32,000 nt of DNA, from contig NC_003240.1 in the NCBI RefSeq assembly GCF_000009705.1, positions 154,615 through 186,614 on the forward strand, given 5' to 3'. This document shows, in pieces, positions 7,638-15,923 of the stretch. Positions within the stretch are counted from its first letter, which is position 1; every line of letters begins with the position of its first letter. The translations under genes and the position numbers were made by a program. This DNA comes from Nostoc sp. PCC 7120 = FACHB-418. Lineage in GTDB: Bacteria > Cyanobacteriota > Cyanobacteriia > Cyanobacteriales > Nostocaceae. The notes beneath the pieces are model-generated. The model was not told where the DNA came from and made no database searches. It was given only the letters and a program-made list of their open reading frames with translations.

Positions 7638-9833
7638 TCATCTTTCCCAAAATTTTTCGCTCTCCAACTCCAAGGAAAATGGTAAACATCCAGGATTGGC
7701 AGCCGCCCACTCGTTAGCTTCTGCAATTAAAGTTTCGTTACCCGAATCGAGGTAGAATTGCATTTTGGCACGTTGCTCTAAGCGATCGCGTTCCTGAGTG
7801 CTGAGAATATGTCTCGTGATTACGCAGTATTGGCGCACCTTAGTCCTAGCTTGGGTTAAAGCCATTAACCGTAGTTTTGTCGCTCGCTTGAGTTCCTCGA
7901 TGCGGTAGGAAACATCAGCAATCTCTTCACCAACAGATGCACTCTGCCGCCCATTGTTGGCAATTTCCTGTGGTGGTTCTGGTGCAACCGCAGCAGGTAT
8001 CGAAACTACACCCTGCCCATTATCTTCTGTGTTAGATAAGTTTTGATTATCAACTCTTGACGACGTGCCGAGGCTAGAAGGGTATATAAAATCCTGATGA
8101 AAACTGAATTCATTTGGGTGTAAAATGTCTGTATGAACTGAATTCTCTAATTGATTGCTGGTTTTATTTAAATTAATTTCAGCAGTATTAGAAGAATTTA
8201 TGAATTCAAGATTTTCCACAGGCTGGACGACAGCTGAGTCTTGCTGAGAAACATCGGGTTGTCCAACTACCCCTGCTGACTCCAGCCCTTGGGGGGCTGT
8301 AGCAGCAGGAAGTAAACAGAAAACCTTCATATAGGGAAAATGCCCGTAATTATCGATTTTATTAGGGGTTCTAACATTTTGAATTGAAAATGAGTTTTGA
8401 AAACTATTAAGTTGCCCGTTCTCTATTGATTGATAAGGGTTTGAGCTATTTTCTGCCCAAGGGTCTAAAATATAGCGTGTGGGATGCCACAAATGTAAGT
8501 GCTTTTGTAGTGTCTCTTGAGAGATAGTTTTGTTAAAGCGGCGTTTATACTCAGCACGTATAGCTTTTGCCCGTTCAGTAGCACCTGCTGGTAATCCACT
8601 ATCCCACTCTATTGCTCTTACTACTATCTGGATGCGTCGTTGGGCTTGTTGACTGCGTTCCCAGTTCTGTTGGTGGCGACGGTCAAATGGAATTACGTTA
8701 TCTTTAGGTTGATCAATGCTACTAACACCTGCTATGGCTTCTGCAAATGTGTTGGTGAATGTACCCAACAGCCGTTCGGGATAACTAACGTAGGCACTGT
8801 ACCATTTGTTACGAATCGTGCATTCTACCCAATGCCGTACTCTAGCTTCGATTTCATGTTTGTGTCGGCAATATTGCTTATAGCCAGGGGCGTTAATTGC
8901 GGTGGAGAGGCAAAATTCGACTAATTTATCGCCTCTTAAGTCTAGAAAGACGATTCCGTAGCCTGCAAAGATTTGTAGGAGGGTGTTTGTTTGTCCTTGT
9001 CCTGTCCAACCGATCGCAATTGTTTCTTCCCAGTTGGCACGCCACTGTGCAGCATCAGCAGACTCTTGCTTACGATATCTCTCCTGTGCAATTTGTTTTT
9101 TGGCCTTGTTTGCTACCCGTTTTAATTTGGTTAAATCTTGCCGACTGGCCGCACGATCGCAATAGTCAAGGAAGATAGAAACGGAATCGCTAATAGCTTG
9201 TAAGTCATCATCAAGTAAAAATGACCCACTACCCGGTTGCATGGGACAACGGATGGCTTTGTAGTTGGTTATTTGTTTGGCACTATATGGTTTAGTATTG
9301 GGAAAGATTTCTAGGTGTCCTTGGCGCAAGATAAAGCCTGCATTTCTCAAGGTAATCTCTAGAGCGCAGGCTAAGGCAAAGGTAGGCAGGTGAGATGCAA
9401 AGTTTAAAATCAAGTGATAGCCACCACTAAAGCTGGACTGGAGAATGACAATATCAACTATGCCAATGTCCTCTAGTGCCGCTTTGATGCGATTTATAGA
9501 TTCAATGTTATGGTAGTCGCCAAAGAAGTCTAAATCGATAGTGGCGTAACGGGTTGTGTTGTCAAAGCGCAGACCTACTAATTTTGACTTATCTTGGTGC
9601 AGCTTCCACAGTTGGGAGGGTTGCAGGTAATAATCGATAGTGCGCCATGCTGGTTTTGCACCTTCTACTAAAGAAGGGGCAACTATCGCCCCAAATGGAT
9701 GCCAAAAACGCTCTACGTAGCGTTTACCCACAGATTCTGAGGGTAAATGGGGTTTGATTTTCTTTTTTGAAAGCTGTGAAAGACTTAATGGGGGCTTGTT
9801 ATCAACATCTGCCCCGAAATCTTCTTGGAACAT
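7638..9833 (-). CDS. putative plasmid replication protein, Prim-Pol (archaeo-eukaryotic primase)-like N-terminal domain
   Basis: 731-aa ORF. RYATIDLDFFGDYHN ... ILQSSFSGGYHLILNF resembles the DxD and SGG-H motifs of bifunctional primase-polymerases. No Walker A seen anywhere in the protein. Confidence 0.7.
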   Translation of the reverse strand: MFQEDFGADVDNKPPLSLSQLSKKKIKPHLPSESVGKRYVERFWHPFGAIVAPSLVEGAKPAWRTIDYYLQPSQLWKLHQDKSKLVGLRFDNTTRYATIDLDFFGDYHNIESINRIKAALEDIGIVDIVILQSSFSGGYHLILNFASHLPTFALACALEITLRNAGFILRQGHLEIFPNTKPYSAKQITNYKAIRCPMQPGSGSFLLDDDLQAISDSVSIFLDYCDRAASRQDLTKLKRVANKAKKQIAQERYRKQESADAAQWRANWEETIAIGWTGQGQTNTLLQIFAGYGIVFLDLRGDKLVEFCLSTAINAPGYKQYCRHKHEIEARVRHWVECTIRNKWYSAYVSYPERLLGTFTNTFAEAIAGVSSIDQPKDNVIPFDRRHQQNWERSQQAQRRIQIVVRAIEWDSGLPAGATERAKAIRAEYKRRFNKTISQETLQKHLHLWHPTRYILDPWAENSSNPYQSIENGQLNSFQNSFSIQNVRTPNKIDNYGHFPYMKVFCLLPAATAPQGLESAGVVGQPDVSQQDSAVVQPVENLEFINSSNTAEINLNKTSNQLENSVHTDILHPNEFSFHQDFIYPSSLGTSSRVDNQNLSNTEDNGQGVVSIPAAVAPEPPQEIANNGRQSASVGEEIADVSYRIEELKRATKLRLMALTQARTKVRQYCVITRHILSTQERDRLEQRAKMQFYLDSGNETLIAEANEWAAANPGCLPFSLELESEKFWER

Positions 9834-9890
9834 GAGTGACTGTCCTGATGGTTTTCGTGCATCAGGTAGCCTCGCTGTTGGTCAAAATGT

Positions 9891-10032
9891 GTTAGCCTAA
9901 ATTTGAAATTTTTGTTTTATTAAGAAGCGGTTGGTTATCCGCTTGTTGGAGACGACTGGTAATCGTCTCATGGTTGAAAGCAAACAGAGGTTATACTTGT
10001 TTAGGCTTAGACATACGTAGGCTTAGGCTAAG
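9891..10032. repeat. iteron-like TTAGGCT(N)A repeats upstream of rep
   Basis: Copies are ttaggcttag 10001-10010, gtaggcttag 10017-10026, ttaggctaag 10023-10032 and an inverted copy gttagcctaa 9891-9900. cttaggctaag (10022-10032) is itself palindromic. Confidence 0.5.
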
Positions 10033-10387
10033 ATTTAGTCCAACACGCTTCACCAACAACAATGCGGCTACCCAACTTTTTTTTGAGAGCTATTTAAAGT
10101 AAGTTCTAACGAAGTTGTGACTAAATCTAGAAGAGACTTTTGGAATAAGAATACAAAGCTAGTAACACCTAAAAGTGTCACCAAAAACTGGCAGAGGTTA
10201 GTACAATTGGTGAAGATGAAATTACACTTCACCAACGAATTTAAAAACAAAAAACAGTCAAATATATCCATACGAGTCCAGCACCCAAAAAATGAACCCG
10301 TACTGCAATCAGTATTGAGATGCTAATCTATTAGGTAACATTAAATTGTGGGATAAATTCTCTGCTAGATTAACTGCTCACAGCTAC

Positions 10388-11572
10388 CTATGCAGCACGA
10401 ACATTACCCTTTTTTCTATTTGTAGACACTTCCATTGCTTTCATTTGGTTCTTATAATCCTCCCAAGTTTTTTCAAATACGTCAGACTCGTACATCCGCA
10501 ATAAAACCTCCTCTTTATCAGTTAAATTTGGTAGTTTTAACAACTCCGCTAAAGACACTTGAACTGGAAAAACATCCCTAAATTTTTCCATTAAGTGAAG
10601 TATTCTTTCTCTCTGTTCCGCAGATGGTTCGTCTTGCAACTCTGCATAAATCTGTCGCGGACGTAGATTCACAATTTCTAAGTTCATGTTTACTAAATTC
10701 CTCAATCCAAAGACAACAAATTCATTAGTTATACCTATAACACGCCCCACAATTTCCAACTCTGTCCGCAGTCTTTTCTTAAATTGATATACTTGACCAA
10801 CTTGGAAACGCCGAAACGGATTGCGATCGCCATTCCGCATCCAAGCGATACCATCACTTATACTACCTATCTCATCCGCTTCAATCAGGTCTATAACCTG
10901 GTCACAGATATCTTGATTGCAAACAAACTTGTACGCTGCATCAATACTTCGGTTAAATTCCGCCTCCAGTGCCACAACTGCCTTAAATTTTTGAAGTTCT
11001 CTTAATTGAGAAATAAAATCAAATACTTTCTTACCCTTGTGATAACTACCAACACTTATCCTTAGATTCTCTGAAACCTCCCGAATCACAGGTTTACCTT
11101 TTTTTAATTGAGAGTTACTCTCATCTATCGAAGTGTTCAAATTTGAATACTTCGATTCATTCAAACGACGAGCGCTTTCCCTCTGTCTTTCTTTCGCTTG
11201 GGGACGAAGTACGCTCTCCCAGTACTGCCCCTCATGAAATTTCTGGTAATGAGTCTTCCCTCCTTCCCGGTGGAGATTAAAGTCAAGCACTAGTTTCAAA
11301 TCTTCTTCAGGCGAGCCAGACTCGACAAATTCCACTTTCACAGCAGAAATTCCCAACTGGCGAGCTATCTGCAATCGGCACTTACCTGCCAAGACCACAT
11401 TTACACCAGTACGTGCAGTTACCTTCAAAGATTCCAGAATCCCTTTTTCCGAGATACTTTTTTCCAAAGCTGGACGATTCTCATTTTCACCATAGATTTC
11501 TATCAGCTTCGGATGAACAACTAACTCCGCAGGAGAAATATATACAATTGCCGGATTATGCACCTCAGACAT
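10388..11572 (-). CDS. ParB/Srx N-terminal-domain protein
   Basis: N-terminus IVYISPAELVVHP ... GILESLKV ... VVLAGKCRLQIARQLGISAVKVEFV fits the ParB-like nuclease/partition domain. Confidence 0.8.
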   Translation of the reverse strand: MSEVHNPAIVYISPAELVVHPKLIEIYGENENRPALEKSISEKGILESLKVTARTGVNVVLAGKCRLQIARQLGISAVKVEFVESGSPEEDLKLVLDFNLHREGGKTHYQKFHEGQYWESVLRPQAKERQRESARRLNESKYSNLNTSIDESNSQLKKGKPVIREVSENLRISVGSYHKGKKVFDFISQLRELQKFKAVVALEAEFNRSIDAAYKFVCNQDICDQVIDLIEADEIGSISDGIAWMRNGDRNPFRRFQVGQVYQFKKRLRTELEIVGRVIGITNEFVVFGLRNLVNMNLEIVNLRPRQIYAELQDEPSAEQRERILHLMEKFRDVFPVQVSLAELLKLPNLTDKEEVLLRMYESDVFEKTWEDYKNQMKAMEVSTNRKKGNVRAA

Positions 11573-11968
11573 TATTAATACTCCGGGTCACAAATTGTCT
11601 AAAAAGATAAGTTCAATTTTGAAAAGCCCAAGCAGAAAACCAGAATAACTCAAGCAGCAAGACTTACAGCACTTTCATCCACTAGAGAAAGTGATATTAT
11701 TAAAAATAATTAATTTTTGTAAAAAGTAAAGGATTAGCTACCAGAAAAACTATTGAAGAAAATTTTCCAGTCAGCAAACTATTATTCCCAACCCATTGAA
11801 AACTAATACGACTGAAGATATATTTAACGCACTGGTATTTGGGAAAAAAACATCTATCCAAAGAAAGATTTGTAAAACTATGTAAACTCATGATATGATT
11901 GCTCTAGTTAGTTAAATTGACAAAACGATGTCCCGCCCTGTTCTAGTAACAGGTAGGCTTGTTTTTTC

Positions 11969-12008
11969 CTCAAAGCCCTGGTGCAAACAGGGCTTTGAGC
12001 GAGTTTTT
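11969..12008 (+). terminator. intrinsic-terminator-like hairpin (12-bp perfect stem, 7-nt loop, T5 tract)
   Basis: ctcaaagccctg (11969-11980) pairs with cagggctttgag (11988-11999), followed by cgagttttt. No + strand ORF lies upstream. Confidence 0.45.
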
Positions 12009-12092
12009 AAGCAAAATGAACGCTACAAAAAAAGTATACCAGTCTTGATTCCATTTGGCAAAATTGTACAGTAAAGAGGGGTAAATTTTTAG

Positions 12093-12545
12093 ATGCCTCG
12101 TCTTCAAATATTAAATTCTATTGAAAAACAAGCACTAGAACATATAGCGGCAACCAGCAGCGATGAAGTTAGCAAAAGAGCCAAGATTCTGCTAGGACTA
12201 GACGAAGGCAAAAAATATGTAGCTTTAGCCCAAGAAATCGGTGTAACCGAAAAATCAATAGCAAAGTGGAAGAAAAGATGGACATCAAGTACCATCTTGT
12301 CAGAAACCCAAGAGTCGGCGATCGCAAAAGCTAATGAAGTATTGGGTGTCAACGTAGGCAGACCTAAGAAGTGCAAAAGTACAGAGGCAAGCAAAATTGT
12401 CGAAATCAGCGAATGGAGCAAGAACCGAAAACCTAGTCGCTCAAAGCACCACTACCATATGCAGGTAGCAGAAGAAGCCGCTAGGAGAGGTTTACCAACA
12501 CTATCGCCAAGAAGTATAGGACGCATTTTGGAAGCTCAACCTTAA
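12093..12545 (+). CDS. stand-alone HTH protein resembling the N-terminal DNA-binding half of IS630-type transposases
   Basis: RAKILLGLDEGKKYVALAQEIGVTEKSIAKWKKRW ... GRPKK ... LSPRSIGRIL. No DDE domain follows. Confidence 0.65.
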   Translation: MPRLQILNSIEKQALEHIAATSSDEVSKRAKILLGLDEGKKYVALAQEIGVTEKSIAKWKKRWTSSTILSETQESAIAKANEVLGVNVGRPKKCKSTEASKIVEISEWSKNRKPSRSKHHYHMQVAEEAARRGLPTLSPRSIGRILEAQP

Positions 12546-12630
12546 TAGAAAAAGTCATCAAGCAAGTACCATCCTAGCCCAAGGGAGTAGTTTTGCAATC
12601 CCAGTTTTTACCGAGGCTTTTCATCAAAAT

Positions 12631-13137
12631 TTAAGCAAGCATTTCCACACACTCGACCACTTGAGCAGAGGTCACTTGTTGCGCGATCAGAAAGTCAACG
12701 AGTCCATCAAGTTTTTTACGGTTGTAGACGGTAGAATAGCCTTGGATTCGGCGTTCTTTGCAGAACTGTCGCAGCTTCCGCGCACCTAAATCCAAAAGCT
12801 TCTTCCTTTCTTCCTTAACGTCTACTAGCACAAGCTGTCTAGCTTCATCCGCAACCCCAGTTTCAACAACTGGCGGAGCAGTTTCAATAATGGAAGATTC
12901 TGGTTTAGAAAATTCTTCCCAAACAGAAGCAGCACCAACACCAGTCAAATCCCCATGAGTTTCCAAAACTGGCAACTCTTCAGAAATCACCCCAACGCTA
13001 TTACTAACTTGAAGTGATACTGATTGAGCAGGGACAAATATCACATAGAAGATTGGGAAGACCATCAAAAACAACTCGATTGGAAACAAAACATCGTTAA
13101 CAGATTGCACAAAAGGCGATATTGCAAAAGCAGACAT
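12631..13137 (-). CDS. hypothetical membrane protein with SAP/Rho-N-like C-terminal helix pair
   Basis: N-terminal TM (LFPIELFLMVFPIFYVIFV). C-terminal LRQFCKERRIQGYS..KKLDGLVDFL. GGAGG lies 9 nt upstream of the ATG. Confidence 0.6.
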   Translation of the reverse strand: MSAFAISPFVQSVNDVLFPIELFLMVFPIFYVIFVPAQSVSLQVSNSVGVISEELPVLETHGDLTGVGAASVWEEFSKPESSIIETAPPVVETGVADEARQLVLVDVKEERKKLLDLGARKLRQFCKERRIQGYSTVYNRKKLDGLVDFLIAQQVTSAQVVECVEMLA

Positions 13138-13408
13138 AATGTGGTTCCTCCATGAATTACTGATGGGCGGCGTTTAGCGGCTTACCACCCAGTAGCGGGG
13201 GAAACCCCCGTACTGAGTGAAAGCTTTTACACGTATCCCAGCCAATAGCAGGAGAAAGGAGGATAAATTGCCTTTTTAAGCAATTAGATGAACTAAGTTT
13301 TCCAAAATTTGCAGATGTTGAATTCTAGAGATTATTAATTCAAAATACGGGAATTGCAAAAATGCGATTTTTCCGGCTTGTACTCGCAGCTTTTAGAAAC
13401 CTCCTTAT

Positions 13409-14674
13409 TCATCTCAACACTCCATATTTTTTACTCTTAAGGTAGTTAACGTAGCTAACCAAGTTGTAGTTATATCTGAGTTCTTGAGGAACGAAAGTTG
13501 AGTAAGGATGCAGCGATACACCATCACGACGAAAGCAATGACAGGGCGCATATATATCAAAAAAGATAGATATTTCATCACCATCAACTTCGATTTGAGC
13601 TATGCCCTTAAGTTCCTTTGCAAACTCTAAAACTTGTCCTGATGCTACATAGTCAAAGACCACTACATTTCGAGTACGGAAATACTGGATGTAAGAAAGA
13701 AGTGTTGCTTCCATACCAAGCTCAAGCAATCTGTCAGAATGTTTAAGCAAGATACCGGAATAGGAAAAAGAAAACCTACGGTTAGCGTATTCATCCCACA
13801 AGATAAGATTGCCATAAAATTTGTAAATATTCGCTTGATTGAACGATATTTCTCTATTTAAATTTTCGACAACAGCATCATCTTCAAATGGGAACAACGC
13901 CTTACGTTCATCCCATTGCTTATCTGGACAGCAACCATTTTCAAACCATCCATGTGGATGAATACCACAAACAATATTATTGGCACCATGCAGTAAATTA
14001 CACCCAGCACATACTCGCAAATAGCAAGAACTAAATTCTTCGCTATTAACTGCATTAATATAGCGTCGGTGTATATCTAAATGCTCCTCTAAAGCTTCAC
14101 AAGATAAAGGTTTATACGAGGAGAATGTTTGTCCAATTAATCTGTCTGGATCGGTTTCATCATAGATTACTGCCAAGTCGTCAATTTGGTGAGAACGTAA
14201 TTCTTCGTAAAGTACGAATTTCCGATATGGTTCTTCCTCAAATCTAGAAACAACCAAGCACTTTGAATCAGAATGTCTTGCAAAATTCATCACCGTGTAA
14301 GTGTAAATTGAAGGCAGACAATCAGATTTTTCAGAGTTCTCAGCTTTTGTTAATACAAGCGGTTTTATGTCAGCTATTTTTGCAGTTTCTCTACTCGAAT
14401 TAGTTTCCTCCGATTCTTCAACAATGCTTAAGAAAGCACCACCCAAGGAAGCAAAAATAATTCCGGTAAAGCCCAATACAATAGCACCAGTGCCAATATA
14501 GACAATTTGTTCAGAGCGTTCTTTCTCGACGATTGGGAATCCGCCCTTAGCTAAGTACAATAAGCCCAAACCAGAAAAAGTTGCTACAGTGCCTAAAGCA
14601 ATAGCAGTCAAAGACACCATTCCAAAAGCAGCATTAAGGTTTCTCAAGCCATTAAACGCAAACTTCTTCAACAT
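13409..14674 (-). CDS. hypothetical membrane protein with Cys-rich motif
   Basis: 421 aa with two N-terminal TM segments. Motif CAGCNLLHGANNIVCGIHPHGWFENGCCPD. Confidence 0.7.
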   Translation of the reverse strand: MLKKFAFNGLRNLNAAFGMVSLTAIALGTVATFSGLGLLYLAKGGFPIVEKERSEQIVYIGTGAIVLGFTGIIFASLGGAFLSIVEESEETNSSRETAKIADIKPLVLTKAENSEKSDCLPSIYTYTVMNFARHSDSKCLVVSRFEEEPYRKFVLYEELRSHQIDDLAVIYDETDPDRLIGQTFSSYKPLSCEALEEHLDIHRRYINAVNSEEFSSCYLRVCAGCNLLHGANNIVCGIHPHGWFENGCCPDKQWDERKALFPFEDDAVVENLNREISFNQANIYKFYGNLILWDEYANRRFSFSYSGILLKHSDRLLELGMEATLLSYIQYFRTRNVVVFDYVASGQVLEFAKELKGIAQIEVDGDEISIFFDIYAPCHCFRRDGVSLHPYSTFVPQELRYNYNLVSYVNYLKSKKYGVLR

Positions 14675-14945
14675 AATTTATCCCTCCAAAATGCAGGTCA
14701 CAAGATTTTTAATTACTCTTGCCCCGGCACAAATTGGGATTTGCTGAGAACTACACTACTAACCTACCCCTTACTCTATTAACAATTCCACAACTATTTA
14801 ATAGATATGTACTCGTTAATTTTCAGTCTCAGTAGTAGTTTCATTCCCAATGGTGATAGCAAGAGTCGAACTTGCTTTGTTGCTGAAAACAACAATCTAA
14901 CCGAACTGGAATATCACCAAATAATAATATTTAGAAATAGCATAT

Positions 14946-15425
14946 CTACTTTCCAAAAGTCCAAGTATTAGTTTCGTTTAATTCCAATTCTTCAAAACAG
15001 TTAACAAAACCCGTAAAATGAAAACATCTTAGCGGCAGCCGAGATATTAATAGTAAAGAAAAATTTTCTAGTTGAGCCAACTGTTGTAATCTCAATAAAT
15101 CGTCGCTAAAACTATCGCTAACAAAGTGCAATCTATCAAAATTATCAATCACAAGTAGTCTATTGAATCCTTCAGATAATTCGGTTACTATATTTTGCCA
15201 ATCCTGCTGGTAGTACAAATCAAAACTCATAGGAATAACATCAAATAAATGAGCCACACTAAAAGGATATTCAAGATTGAGATAAACAGATTCTAAAGTA
15301 ATATCTTTAAGTAAACAGTTTTTAACAGTAAAAGTCTTACCAATATCCTGTTTACCCCATAAATTAACATTCTTGCCTGCATTTAGTTCACCAATCAACC
15401 AAGTATATTCTTTATAACGTAACAT
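14946..15425 (-). CDS. small P-loop NTPase
   Basis: Walker A GKQDIGKT and Walker B-like LLVIDNFD in a 159-aa ORF. Confidence 0.6.
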   Translation of the reverse strand: MLRYKEYTWLIGELNAGKNVNLWGKQDIGKTFTVKNCLLKDITLESVYLNLEYPFSVAHLFDVIPMSFDLYYQQDWQNIVTELSEGFNRLLVIDNFDRLHFVSDSFSDDLLRLQQLAQLENFSLLLISRLPLRCFHFTGFVNCFEELELNETNTWTFGK

Positions 15426-15446
15426 TACTATTATCCTTTAGATAAA

Positions 15447-15923
15447 CTACAATTGTTTTGAGATTAAATGTGTGATTTTTTGATTGTGTCTTTCTAAACT
15501 ACTTCTGGAGAATTGGTTAGATACAATAAAGTTCTCTAATAAAAAATCAGGTGATTGTGAAAGTCTTAACAGCACACCATCATCACCACTACTGCGATGA
15601 TAGTAATGTACAACAGGTGATTGGATAACTGTCAGGTTATCGTTACGAATTGCTCGTCCTGTAACTAGCCCATCCATAATAAATTTAGCGGCAGCAGCTA
15701 CATTATCACTATCTCGTGCAAAATTTTTGAGATACCAATGAAACTCAATCCACACTGTACTATCTAAACAAAATTCACAGTCTCTAACAAATTCACCAAT
15801 TAAGTTTGTCCAGTACTTCTTAAGTTCAGCACTAGCTTGCCAACTCGACCGTGCCTGGTTAATAATTTCGTTCATACAAGGGGGTAAAGGCATGGTTAGT
15901 TCAAATATCATCTTCACCGCCAC
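15447..15923 (-). CDS. rusA: RusA-family Holliday-junction resolvase
   Basis: LTMPLPPCMNE aligns to ITLPWPPSNNR of E. coli RusA. ARDSDNVAAAAKFIMDGLVTGRAIRNDN aligns to [26 protein letters not shown]. Confidence 0.7.
   Translation of the reverse strand: MAVKMIFELTMPLPPCMNEIINQARSSWQASAELKKYWTNLIGEFVRDCEFCLDSTVWIEFHWYLKNFARDSDNVAAAAKFIMDGLVTGRAIRNDNLTVIQSPVVHYYHRSSGDDGVLLRLSQSPDFLLENFIVSNQFSRSSLERHNQKITHLISKQL

Noticed and set aside
7544-7726. A 60-aa ORF bridging the rep 3' end and the downstream 105-aa gene.
   Set aside because: It overlaps both neighbours in a different frame and has no supporting signal.
10068-10326. Two mutually overlapping small ORFs (67 aa on the minus strand, 69 aa on the plus strand from a GTG start) in the spacer between the ParB-like and rep genes.
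   Set aside because: They exclude each other, and neither has a motif or a convincing ribosome-binding site. The region is better explained as regulatory or origin DNA. A small basic DNA-binding protein cannot be fully excluded.
11700-11891. A 63-aa ORF in the 520-nt spacer upstream of the ParB-like gene.
   Set aside because: It is extremely AT-rich with a Phe/Leu/Asn-biased product, and has no ribosome-binding site or motif. It looks like a chance ORF in intergenic DNA.
13189-13211. A GC-rich hairpin (gtagcggggg aaa cccccgtac) considered as a terminator for gene 13409..14674.
   Set aside because: No U-tract follows on either strand. It lies ~200 nt past that gene's stop and 52 nt upstream of the next start, so it is more likely a 5'-leader structure. 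There is too little evidence to call a function.
13138-14945. The two spacers flanking gene 13409..14674 are both exactly 271 nt. They were checked for being duplicated sequence.
   Set aside because: No sequence similarity between them is visible, so the equal length appears coincidental.
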